This document shows positions 27,863 to 36,613 of a stretch of 64,000 nucleotides of DNA, piece by piece. Location of the stretch: assembly GCA_011523055.1 (NCBI GenBank), contig WTHQ01000037.1, forward strand, positions 3,210-67,209, read 5' to 3'. The notes beneath the pieces are model-generated. The model was given only the letters and a program-made list of their open reading frames with translations, was not told where the DNA came from and did not search any database. The position numbers and the translations under genes are program-made. This stretch comes from Methanobacteriota archaeon. Lineage in GTDB: Archaea > Thermoplasmatota > Poseidoniia > Poseidoniales > Thalassarchaeaceae. Numbering within the stretch: position 1 is the stretch's first letter; each line of letters opens with the position of its first letter.

Positions 27863-28471
27863 TTAATCCAACTCAGATTGGAAAACACAGTCATCCGAGT
27901 CGTGTATCTCTGCGAACCTGATACACGGCTTTGTGATTGTAACGAAAACGTCAAAATGGTCCTTGGCGGTTAGCTGCTCGATACCAGGTTCCCAACCGTA
28001 GCCTCTAGCATCAACCTCCAAAACCCAAATTCCCTCTTGGAAATTCATCCCTGTGTAGTCCCACCTCTCCAGTGAGTGGTCTTGAGTTACGCGTATTTCC
28101 CAGTAAGGCTCGCTACCCGCTGATTTTGATCCGGGGGACCACAACTTCGCATCTACATACCTAATGAGGTTGGTCTCATTGCCAATCAGGCTCTCAAAGG
28201 TCTCGGAAAGGGGCATCTGAGCTCGAAACGATATGGACATGCTTTGCACGCTCGAGTCTATCTGTATGCTACTCTCGTTGTAATAATCGGTGGAGTCTAG
28301 ACCTGTGGATGTAAACGTATGGTCGAAGCCAATCGATTGTTCCCTGAGAATGGTTTCCGGCGGTTCTCTGATGTCCTCCATAATTTCCCGCTGAAGTACG
28401 AGACCAAGGCAGCCGGAAGACAGGATGGCCACGGAGATCAACACGCCCAAGGACGTTGCCATGGATCTCAT
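27863..28471 (-). CDS. Secreted protein / putative lipoprotein (signal peptide with an LSSGC lipobox-like motif)
   Basis: N-terminus MRSMATSLGVLISVAILSSGCLGLV. The remainder is hydrophilic and beta-rich with no known motif. Confidence 0.55.
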   Translation of the reverse strand: MRSMATSLGVLISVAILSSGCLGLVLQREIMEDIREPPETILREQSIGFDHTFTSTGLDSTDYYNESSIQIDSSVQSMSISFRAQMPLSETFESLIGNETNLIRYVDAKLWSPGSKSAGSEPYWEIRVTQDHSLERWDYTGMNFQEGIWVLEVDARGYGWEPGIEQLTAKDHFDVFVTITKPCIRFAEIHDSDDCVFQSELD

Positions 28472-28639
28472 GGGATGCCCGTTTGCATCGCTTCATTTCA
28501 AGAAGTCGGTCTCAGGATTGCATGGACCTTATTCCAAGCGTTGATTTGTAATGACCATCTGGGTCTCATGCCTCGATGACGACAAGAGGGTCAACTGAGC
28601 CAAGGCTTTGACGTGCCCTGTGAGTACCGAGAGGCATCA

Positions 28640-29203
28640 CTACTCATCACTTTCGCCCTTGACGAACAGTGGGGTGCCACGTTCCCTGGCCTTCCCAATC
28701 TGGTAGACCAAAAACGCGATGAAGGACAGGATGATCAATTCCAAACCGAAGAAGGTCAGGCGAAACCTTTCATCATCCGATGCAGAGGCTTGCGTATTGG
28801 GTGGCTCTGCATCTGGTAGGACCTCTTCGCCTGGTAGAACAGTTATTGTCCCGACCATTCCAAGTTGTTCATGGGGTTCGCAGACGAAATCGTAGGTCCC
28901 ATTGGTCCCCAATTCGAAGACGAATCGGTAGTCGACATCTCGAGATGGTTCCCCACTGTCAAAGATCCCATCGAGGGCCACTGCATTGTGCGCTAATAGC
29001 TCACCTGACCAGAAAAATCTGACTGCCTGACCCTCTTTTATGGTCACGTCAGAGGGGCTGAACTGGAGATTTGTGCTATCCACGCCAATGATAACATCGT
29101 CATCCTCTTGTGCGGCAGCGGGCCCCGATGAGAGTAGGACCATGACGATGAAACACAAACCCGCGGAGTGAACTCTCACATCAAACCCTCGTGGGCTTGA
29201 CAC
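28640..29203 (-). CDS. Blue (type 1) copper protein, halocyanin/plastocyanin-like, with signal peptide and C-terminal TM anchor
   Basis: Cu ligand set H...C-x2-H-x4-M in YDFVCEPHEQLGMVGTITV, with the upstream His in ELLAHNAVAL. N-terminal signal. C-terminal helix FFGLELIILSFIAFLVYQI. Confidence 0.8.
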   Translation of the reverse strand: MSSPRGFDVRVHSAGLCFIVMVLLSSGPAAAQEDDDVIIGVDSTNLQFSPSDVTIKEGQAVRFFWSGELLAHNAVALDGIFDSGEPSRDVDYRFVFELGTNGTYDFVCEPHEQLGMVGTITVLPGEEVLPDAEPPNTQASASDDERFRLTFFGLELIILSFIAFLVYQIGKARERGTPLFVKGESDE

Positions 29204-29214
29204 TTAGAATGGTG

Positions 29215-29910
29215 TCATTCTTCCTCTTCGACCTTTCGTGGCTCATGAACCTCTCTGAATACCACAGTAGCGACATCAAGGTGCTCTCTGAGTGTTCTCA
29301 CGAGGCTGAATTTTGCATAGGGCCAGTTCTGGTCATATGCAATCGATTCAGGCAGGGTTATGGTGACGTCGTCCTTTTCGAATTTAACTTCGAAGTCATC
29401 TCTTCCAGTGTTCATCTCAAGTAGGGTTTGGACTCTAGCCTTCTTTTGCTTCACGACCTTGACTATTGTGTAGGTGTATCGTAGTCTTACTCCTGCCAAG
29501 GGGTGGTTGTAGTCTATCCTGGCCCTTCCGGCCCTAGCCATCTGAAGTGTCCCTGTGCGACCATTAATTTCCACCTGAGACCCTATGGCAAGTGTGTCAG
29601 GATCTCTAACGCTCCTCATCAACACATTCATGCCCACAGTCTCGACGAGGTTTCCATCTCGATCGCCGTAGGCATCTTCTGGATCGATGTCGAATGTGTA
29701 TTCCTCGTTCTCCTTCGCCCCATCGAGGTGTTCTTCGAAGCCTTTGATTAGCCGGCCATCGCCGATCACCGTGATCATGGGCTTGTAAGTTCGCCTCTCG
29801 TCGTGAATGTCATGTTCCTTGGCGACCTCCTCGCGAGTGGTTTCAAGCAGCAAATCCGTGTCTGCATTGTATAAGTCATAGTCGATGTGGACGATCGTTC
29901 CCTTCTTCAT
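29215..29910 (-). CDS. FKBP-type peptidyl-prolyl cis-trans isomerase (long archaeal SlyD-like type with IF insertion)
   Basis: Start taken at the internal Met MKKGTIVHIDYDLYNADTDLL. GFEEHLDGAKENEEYTFDIDPEDAYGDRD and a C-terminal chaperone domain. The ORF-track start 29955 adds 15 atypical residues. Confidence 0.85.
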   Translation of the reverse strand: MKKGTIVHIDYDLYNADTDLLLETTREEVAKEHDIHDERRTYKPMITVIGDGRLIKGFEEHLDGAKENEEYTFDIDPEDAYGDRDGNLVETVGMNVLMRSVRDPDTLAIGSQVEINGRTGTLQMARAGRARIDYNHPLAGVRLRYTYTIVKVVKQKKARVQTLLEMNTGRDDFEVKFEKDDVTITLPESIAYDQNWPYAKFSLVRTLREHLDVATVVFREVHEPRKVEEEE

Positions 29911-29955
29911 GTTGGAGCCTCCAGTAGGCCGGGCGACCTGCTTGCCCTTTTTCAT

Positions 29956-32343
29956 TCAGTCGGTTGGTCCAATAAACAATTTACGCTTGCTGAGCATCGG
30001 GAGCGAACCCCCGATCAGGAGTAGAATCCAACCGAACCAGACCATATGGCTTCCCTTGAGGTCGTAAACGGTTACTCCAACTCTATCCACTTCGTCAATT
30101 TCACCCATCATCATGTTGGTGATGACCCTGTTGGCTTGCTGAATGTCCAAGATGAACATCAAGTCGCCGTCCAACTGAGTAACTCTGTCTACCTCTGACC
30201 TAGGAATTATGGCTCCAGAAGGAGTATCAAACCGAAGTATGGAGGGACTGACTTCATTGATGAATTCCCCCTCCAAATCAGCTACATCTATGTGGAATCT
30301 CACAAGGCCGTCGGCTATCGAGTACCCATAGCCCGGGTCGCTGGAATCTAGGATCTCCAACCCAGTGAAAGTCAGGATGTAGCCTTCGTGTTCCACCGGC
30401 TGGTCCTTGACCAAGGTCACCAAGTGGGAGGGATCCGTCCGATCGACCAATGTAGTAGTCAATACGTGTCCAAAAAGAAGGAGCAGGATGCCGACATGTG
30501 CGATGCTAGAGCCCACCGATCTTAGACCCCGATTCGACCGATTGAATTGAGGGGCGCTGGCACTAGCTGTTTTCGATTTCCTTAGCGCTCTAATCATCTC
30601 GCCGATGGACGAGGGTATTGAGAAGATAACCAGGGTTAGCAGGAATGCACTAACCTGTCCCCTAGTCAGTTCCTCTGTAAGATACCTGTCAGCATCCCCG
30701 GGCAAGGCTATTTTGTCCGACATGAGTCCTGATGTTATTGACAGCAAGAGGATTCCGAGGACAACGAAGAGCCCGGTTTTACCGTTTGATCTGATCCCCC
30801 ATGAATGAAAAATCAGACCGATGGCGAGTGCTGCGACGAAGGGAGCGCCGAAGACCTCATGAGCCTCTAGACTGGTTCCGTCTATCTCCGCCGTCAAGAG
30901 CATCCATGTCAATGCTAGATACCCCATGGCTCCAAACCATGGGGTGGATCTCGCGAAGGCATTCTGGCTCCTGGCGTTCACTAGCCTCTCGATGGGGATT
31001 CCTTCAGCATCCTTTGGCGACGAAAGCACCCATGGCAAGAGGAACACTGCCATCCCCATGATAGATAGGGAAAGGGGCGCCATCCAAGACCAGCTGGCAA
31101 AAAGGTACAGTGCGACACCTGAAAAAATCCAAACAGGGTCAGCATCATCTCCATCGCCCTCTATGACCAGAACCATCAAGCCCATGCTCAGCGACAACAA
31201 GAGAACGGAGCCGCTGAGTACACCGATGATTATCACGGCAGTCACAAGGAAAATGGAAAGTGTTGGAGTGGTTTTTCTCATTGAAGACCTACCCTGAATA
31301 CTGAGTGCAGCAGATTGATTTTTCATCAGGTTCCTCAAGATTGCTAGCCCGAAAAGGACTGTTATAATCAAGTAGGTCATTACCTCGACTCCAGCCGCAC
31401 CTTCGCCGAACAAGGAGACTATTCGCAGGTATGGATCTGATGACTCAGACCCAACACCGTCCGCCGCGAAGGAATGCACCGATGCCCACACGCCATTGGC
31501 CCTGGTCACCAATGTCGCATGCATGGCCAATGCACCCACTGCAATCACGATTGATGGGCTGGAGGCCAGGGCCCTCTTGTCAGACTGGCTTCTCGCATGC
31601 AGGACTGCCACTAAGCCGATCCATGGCAAGAATGAGGCTGTTTCAACCGGATCCCACGCCCAATACCCCCCCCAATCGAGTACGGTGTAAGCCCACAAAC
31701 CCCCTAGTCCAATCCCTGCGGTTCCAACCACAAATGCAGCTCTCGACCAAGGAAGGGTTCGCTGGTGGATCGTGGCCTGATCGAGCCCCAAAATCGACCC
31801 CGCCACAGATATCAGTGCAGGTATGATGCATAGTGAATAGAAAGCGAAAATCACGGGCGGGTGGATGACCATTAGGTCTGTTTGTAGGAGTGGATTCAGT
31901 TGGCCGCTGAAGCCAGAACTTGGTGCAAATGGGTCCAGTAGGATCGAAATGGACAGTAGCGTCCCCGTGAAACCAACACACAGCCTCAATGAGAGGTTCT
32001 GAGCGTCTTTCGTTTTTGTGAGTAAGAACGTACCGAGTGCCATCCAACCACACCACATCAGTAGTGGGCCTGCTCTACCACCCCATACTGCTGATATTCT
32101 GTAAAATAGGGGGAGATCCGAACCTCCAAGAGTCGCTACCATCTCCAGCGAATCCCAATCCAGAAGAAAAGCAAGGAGGAGCAGTGCGAATGGGCTGGAT
32201 TGGAGAATTAACAGATACCTGAGTTGCGATGTCTTTGAGGATTTTTTGTTAGAGGCCCAATACAGAGATACTGCTGCCGCAGTGAAGAGGACCAATCGGC
32301 CAGTGAGTGACAACAAGTGACTACCATCCGTAATATTTCGCAC
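29956..32343 (-). CDS. ccmF: Cytochrome c-type biogenesis heme lyase CcmF-like (WWD-domain polytopic membrane protein with C-terminal periplasmic domain)
   Basis: Tryptophan-rich WWD signature DWGGYWAWDPVETASFLPWI (compare the CcmF consensus [20 protein letters not shown]). At least 12 TM helices. An about 200 aa C-terminal soluble domain. 795 aa. Confidence 0.8.
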   Translation of the reverse strand: MRNITDGSHLLSLTGRLVLFTAAAVSLYWASNKKSSKTSQLRYLLILQSSPFALLLLAFLLDWDSLEMVATLGGSDLPLFYRISAVWGGRAGPLLMWCGWMALGTFLLTKTKDAQNLSLRLCVGFTGTLLSISILLDPFAPSSGFSGQLNPLLQTDLMVIHPPVIFAFYSLCIIPALISVAGSILGLDQATIHQRTLPWSRAAFVVGTAGIGLGGLWAYTVLDWGGYWAWDPVETASFLPWIGLVAVLHARSQSDKRALASSPSIVIAVGALAMHATLVTRANGVWASVHSFAADGVGSESSDPYLRIVSLFGEGAAGVEVMTYLIITVLFGLAILRNLMKNQSAALSIQGRSSMRKTTPTLSIFLVTAVIIIGVLSGSVLLLSLSMGLMVLVIEGDGDDADPVWIFSGVALYLFASWSWMAPLSLSIMGMAVFLLPWVLSSPKDAEGIPIERLVNARSQNAFARSTPWFGAMGYLALTWMLLTAEIDGTSLEAHEVFGAPFVAALAIGLIFHSWGIRSNGKTGLFVVLGILLLSITSGLMSDKIALPGDADRYLTEELTRGQVSAFLLTLVIFSIPSSIGEMIRALRKSKTASASAPQFNRSNRGLRSVGSSIAHVGILLLLFGHVLTTTLVDRTDPSHLVTLVKDQPVEHEGYILTFTGLEILDSSDPGYGYSIADGLVRFHIDVADLEGEFINEVSPSILRFDTPSGAIIPRSEVDRVTQLDGDLMFILDIQQANRVITNMMMGEIDEVDRVGVTVYDLKGSHMVWFGWILLLIGGSLPMLSKRKLFIGPTD

Positions 32344-33616
32344 GGCTGTAGCCGAAAGCCAGCATCGCAGGAACGATGTTCTTGAGGTAGAGGCTTGGGC
32401 GCCTGAATAGCAACCTGAGGCCTACCATTGCCTTCCCGGAGAGTCCCATTTCCCCCATCTCATTGGGGAAACAAGATCCCATCAGGGACATTTCTTGGTC
32501 TGAGAGGTCAAAGAGAGCGTTCTTCCCTCTCAGGATCTTCTCGTACGGGGGGAACTCAGCCTTCCAAAGATTCGTGTACTGCTCAAGGGACTTTGAGAGT
32601 ACGTCTCCGTTCGAGATGGCATTGGCGGCTGTCTCAGCGGCAAATACTGCTGATTTCAGAGCGAGGTGGGATCCTCCTTCGAACAATGGTGATGTGAAAC
32701 CCGCTGCATCACCGATTAGCATCAATCCGTCGTGGTGCGTGTTTTCGAATGGTCCGGAAATTGGGATTGTGCCTCCGAAGGCCGGATTGCCCTTGGCCTT
32801 CCAAGGTGGGAGTTGTTGGTTCAGGTCCTTGAAGTGAGTATCCTCGATAAATTGGTCAAGCGCCTTTTTCGCCCTAGGGCGGTCTTCGGTCACTAATCCG
32901 ACATTCGCTCTTCCGTCACACTTTGGAATCATCCAGAGGTAGCCCTTCTCCGCGTATTTTGGCCATATGTAGAAATCGAGATAGCCGTCTGTAGGAACCT
33001 CTGCTAGCTCGTACTGCATGCCAGCAACGACCTTGCCCTTCTCATTCAGGGGTTTCACTCCATCTGGGGTTACTAACTTCGAGCAGACTGCCGCAACTCC
33101 GGACGCATCAATCACTATCCTTGCTCTGATGGGGAACCTCTCGCCTTTCCCATGGCATTCCCATCCAACAAACGTGCCGTTTTCCTCTACCCTCTCCATG
33201 GAAGTGAGCTTGTGCTTCAGCGCCAACTCAGCCCCCTCTTTAATTGCTGAATCGGATATCCATTGCTCGAATAGGTGCTTCTCAAGGACATAACCAGTTT
33301 CTGTCAATTGCTTTGCTGTGCCATCTGGGAATATGACCCTGATACCATTAACCCTCTTGCTGATTACATCTTGTGGTAGATCCAGTTCCAGGTTAGCGAT
33401 TGCCTCGTCAGAGATGCACTCGCCACAATGAACAGGCGTCCCAATCTCATCGTGATCCTCGATAATCATAGTTCTAAGGCCCCTCCTAGCGCATTGGAGG
33501 GCTGCATTTCCACCTCCGGGACCAGCCCCGACGACCAGTACATCCGTGTCCCAAACCCCGTCCACGACCGTCGAGGTACACGATGTGAAAAGAATCCAAC
33601 GGTTGCCTCGGGGCAA
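32321..33616 (-). CDS. Geranylgeranyl reductase family flavoprotein (digeranylgeranylglycerophospholipid reductase-like)
   Basis: FAD-binding DVLVVGAGPGGGNAALQCARRGLRTMIIED. GGR-family C-terminal half. The true start is possibly a GTG near VVDGVWDTD, and the ATG at 33616 is the upper bound. Confidence 0.85.
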   Translation of the reverse strand: MPRGNRWILFTSCTSTVVDGVWDTDVLVVGAGPGGGNAALQCARRGLRTMIIEDHDEIGTPVHCGECISDEAIANLELDLPQDVISKRVNGIRVIFPDGTAKQLTETGYVLEKHLFEQWISDSAIKEGAELALKHKLTSMERVEENGTFVGWECHGKGERFPIRARIVIDASGVAAVCSKLVTPDGVKPLNEKGKVVAGMQYELAEVPTDGYLDFYIWPKYAEKGYLWMIPKCDGRANVGLVTEDRPRAKKALDQFIEDTHFKDLNQQLPPWKAKGNPAFGGTIPISGPFENTHHDGLMLIGDAAGFTSPLFEGGSHLALKSAVFAAETAANAISNGDVLSKSLEQYTNLWKAEFPPYEKILRGKNALFDLSDQEMSLMGSCFPNEMGEMGLSGKAMVGLRLLFRRPSLYLKNIVPAMLAFGYSRAKYYGW

Positions 33617-33654
33617 AAGCGAACCTTCTCAATGGGGGGGCGTGAGGAAGTGTT

Positions 33655-35616
33655 GTGGCCTGGACCAATCTAGAACGTTATCTCAACTCCTTGGAACGGG
33701 AGGGGGATCTTCTCAGGATTACCAGACCCGTGGACGTAGAACTAGAGGCAGGAGGCATTGCAGACCTTTTGGTCAAGACAGGAGGTCCCGCAGTTATCTT
33801 TGAGCAACCCAGACTACCTTGTGGAGAGATATCAGATGTCCCTCTGGCAATGAATATCTTCGGGAGCAAGAAGCGTACAATGAAGGCTCTTGGTGCCAAA
33901 GCAGAAACAGAAATCGGGGATCGTTTAGTGTCGCTGATGAAGCCAGACATAGGTGCCTACATCAAAGCCCCCTGGAAGGGTATTCCCCTATTGAGGGATG
34001 CACTGGCACTTCCACCGAGGATTGTTCGAAGGGCACCCTGCCATCAGATCGTTGACCTTGATCCGGACGTCACAAAGCTGCCGATTCCCAAATGCTGGCC
34101 AAAGGACGGAGGTCGGTACATCACCCTTCCACTCGTTGTCACTCGTGATCCCGTCAGTCGAGAACACAACATGGGAATGTACAGGGGGCAAGTACACTCG
34201 GAGAAGGAGATTGGCCTTCATTGGCAGATACACAAACACGGAGCGGATCACGCCTCCATGCATCCCAATGGAATGATGCCCGTCGCGATTTGCATTGGTG
34301 GCCCCCCTGAGTTGATTTTCTCAGCAATATCCCCTCTACCGGACAACCTCGAGGAGTACATGTTTGCTGGATTCCTCGGTCGGAAGCGCCTGAAACTCAC
34401 GCGTGCGCGGACGCAAGACCTGTTGGTGCCTGCAGAGGCTGATATCGTGATAGAGGGGTGGACAGATCCAAACGAAACGAAGATAGAGGGGCCCTTCGGG
34501 GACCATTATGGATTCTATTCCCTTCCCGGGAACTATCCTGTACTCCATGTAACGGCAGTCACTCGTCGAAGAAACGCAGTCCTCCCTGCCACGATAGTCG
34601 GACTTCCTCCAATGGAAGACGGTTTTCTCGGTGAGGCCATCGGTTCTCAATTCACGCCAGTCCTGAGGTTCCAGCACAGAGATGTTCGTTCGGTCTTCCT
34701 CCCTTTAGAAACTGGCTTCCACAATCTGGCAATACTCTCATCTCGGCAAAGATACCCCAGACAGGCAAGAAAAACCGCATTAGGACTGCTGGGGGCAGGT
34801 CAGATGATGCTCCTGAAAACTGTAATGCTGATCGATGAGCGTGAGAACCCACACGATCTGGAGGTTTTTCTTGATGCGCTGAATGACAGAGTTGAGCCCT
34901 CGCAGGACATCATCGTGATTCATGGCCTCCCAGGTGACTCTCTCGATCCGGCAAATCCGTTTGAGAACGTCCAATCCAAATTGATAATCGATGCCACTTC
35001 GCTACCCGACAGTGATCCTCGGCATGGTGGAAACCTACCACTCGGAACGACTGAGATTGACGCCCCAGAATGGAGGAAGGGAGCGGATGCACCGCCCAGT
35101 GTACCCCCAGGTTTCGACCTGCGGGTATTGGAACTAGACGGCATATTGCAAGCGAGGCTGCTCAGGGGTTCCATGCTAGTCGTTACTGTCAAGATTGAGG
35201 GGGGGCCTTCGCCACGGAACGGGATGCAAGAGCCCAACGAGAAGTTAGCCGCGGAGCAGAGGGGTAAAATCCACAAAGTAACGGAGGCAATCTGGAAATT
35301 GGAGGGCTCGGAGAATCTACGATGGCTGTTCATAACTGATGATGATTTGGAGTTGAATTCGAAGGGAGCAAACAGACGATTACTCTGGCAGCTTTTTGCT
35401 CGATTCGACGTCGAAAGGGGGCTCAAGTGGGATGAGGGCAAGAAGAGAATTGCATGGGATGCGACTGCTCCAATTCCGACTAATGCGGGGGGATTGCCAG
35501 CTCGACGGTGGCCAGCTGTTACGCTCCATGATCAAAAAATTCTGAAAAAAATTCATCAGCACAGGGACGAGGATGGCCTCTCAGGAAGAGAATGGCCCCA
35601 GAATCTATTGATGTAG
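33655..35616 (+). CDS. UbiD-family (prFMN-dependent) decarboxylase with about 170 aa C-terminal extension
   Basis: N-terminal LRITRPVDVELEAGGIADLLVKTGGPAVIFEQP and core GPFGDHYGFYS are UbiD hallmarks. 653 aa against about 480 typical. Confidence 0.85.
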   Translation: MAWTNLERYLNSLEREGDLLRITRPVDVELEAGGIADLLVKTGGPAVIFEQPRLPCGEISDVPLAMNIFGSKKRTMKALGAKAETEIGDRLVSLMKPDIGAYIKAPWKGIPLLRDALALPPRIVRRAPCHQIVDLDPDVTKLPIPKCWPKDGGRYITLPLVVTRDPVSREHNMGMYRGQVHSEKEIGLHWQIHKHGADHASMHPNGMMPVAICIGGPPELIFSAISPLPDNLEEYMFAGFLGRKRLKLTRARTQDLLVPAEADIVIEGWTDPNETKIEGPFGDHYGFYSLPGNYPVLHVTAVTRRRNAVLPATIVGLPPMEDGFLGEAIGSQFTPVLRFQHRDVRSVFLPLETGFHNLAILSSRQRYPRQARKTALGLLGAGQMMLLKTVMLIDERENPHDLEVFLDALNDRVEPSQDIIVIHGLPGDSLDPANPFENVQSKLIIDATSLPDSDPRHGGNLPLGTTEIDAPEWRKGADAPPSVPPGFDLRVLELDGILQARLLRGSMLVVTVKIEGGPSPRNGMQEPNEKLAAEQRGKIHKVTEAIWKLEGSENLRWLFITDDDLELNSKGANRRLLWQLFARFDVERGLKWDEGKKRIAWDATAPIPTNAGGLPARRWPAVTLHDQKILKKIHQHRDEDGLSGREWPQNLLM

Positions 35617-35628
35617 GAGGCCTGTACA

Positions 35629-36603
35629 ATGAAAGGAAAAGATGTCCTTGATTTTGTTAAAGTTGAGCATACCTTGTTCTCATTGCCGTTTGTGCTGATA
35701 GGCTTCATTCTTGCCCGGAAGGAATTCGAAGAGGATGTTTTCCAGCTCAGCCCTTCGAACTTGGACCTTATTTGGATTATTATCGCAGCGATTGGGGCCC
35801 GAGGGCTGGCCATGGCATTGAACAGAATCATTGACAAGGACATAGACGCTTTGAATCCTCGAACGGCCTCAAGGCATCTTCCCTCTGGAAGGATGAATGA
35901 CCTTGAGGCTTGGTCCTTATCGCTTGTATTCCTCGCTGCGCTTCTGGGCGCTTCTTGGAGGTTGAACATGGTTGCTCTCCAGATGGCATGGTTGCCAGTC
36001 GTGGCATTCATTGTCTACCCGTACATGAAACGGATCTCCTGGATATGCCACTTTTGGATAGGTCTTTGCCTTGCTATGGCCCCAGCAGGAGCTTGGGTCG
36101 CAGTATCTGCTGACACGTTAGGATGGGGGTCAATCATGGGAGTTGGAGGTGGCAATTGGACAAATAGGGACTTCGAATGGTTTCCTGAGTTGCTCTTCAT
36201 TTCGATAGGTGTGGCGCTATGGATAACTGCGTTCGACGTGAACTATGCACGGATGGATGTCGAAGTCGACCGGAACCAGGGGATTCGATCGTTCCCGGCG
36301 AAATTTGGACTCAAGTCGACCATGATACTAAGCATCGCCCTGACGATTGGATGGCTTTTTTGCTTCTTAACTGCTGGATTGGGCCAATTTACAGACAATC
36401 GCGACTACAGGTTTCCATATTGGATTCCCTGTGTTATATTGATGTGCGTTGTCAATTTGTATGTAATGACTTTCTTGGCAGCGAAATCCGATTCCTCTGA
36501 GATGGAGATGGAACGGTTCCAGAAAATCCTGTTCAATGCCTCAATGCTGACCGGTTGGGTATTGCTAGCGAGTCTTTCATTCACCGAGGCCACAATTCGT
36601 TGA
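35629..36603 (+). CDS. UbiA-family aromatic prenyltransferase
   Basis: First Asp-rich motif NRIIDKDIDALNPRT (NxxxDxxxD). Second motif in DVNYARMDVEVDRNQG. Eight or nine TM helices. Starts 13 nt after the UbiD homolog. Confidence 0.85.
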   Translation: MKGKDVLDFVKVEHTLFSLPFVLIGFILARKEFEEDVFQLSPSNLDLIWIIIAAIGARGLAMALNRIIDKDIDALNPRTASRHLPSGRMNDLEAWSLSLVFLAALLGASWRLNMVALQMAWLPVVAFIVYPYMKRISWICHFWIGLCLAMAPAGAWVAVSADTLGWGSIMGVGGGNWTNRDFEWFPELLFISIGVALWITAFDVNYARMDVEVDRNQGIRSFPAKFGLKSTMILSIALTIGWLFCFLTAGLGQFTDNRDYRFPYWIPCVILMCVVNLYVMTFLAAKSDSSEMEMERFQKILFNASMLTGWVLLASLSFTEATIR

Positions 36604-36613
36604 GGAGTCATGC

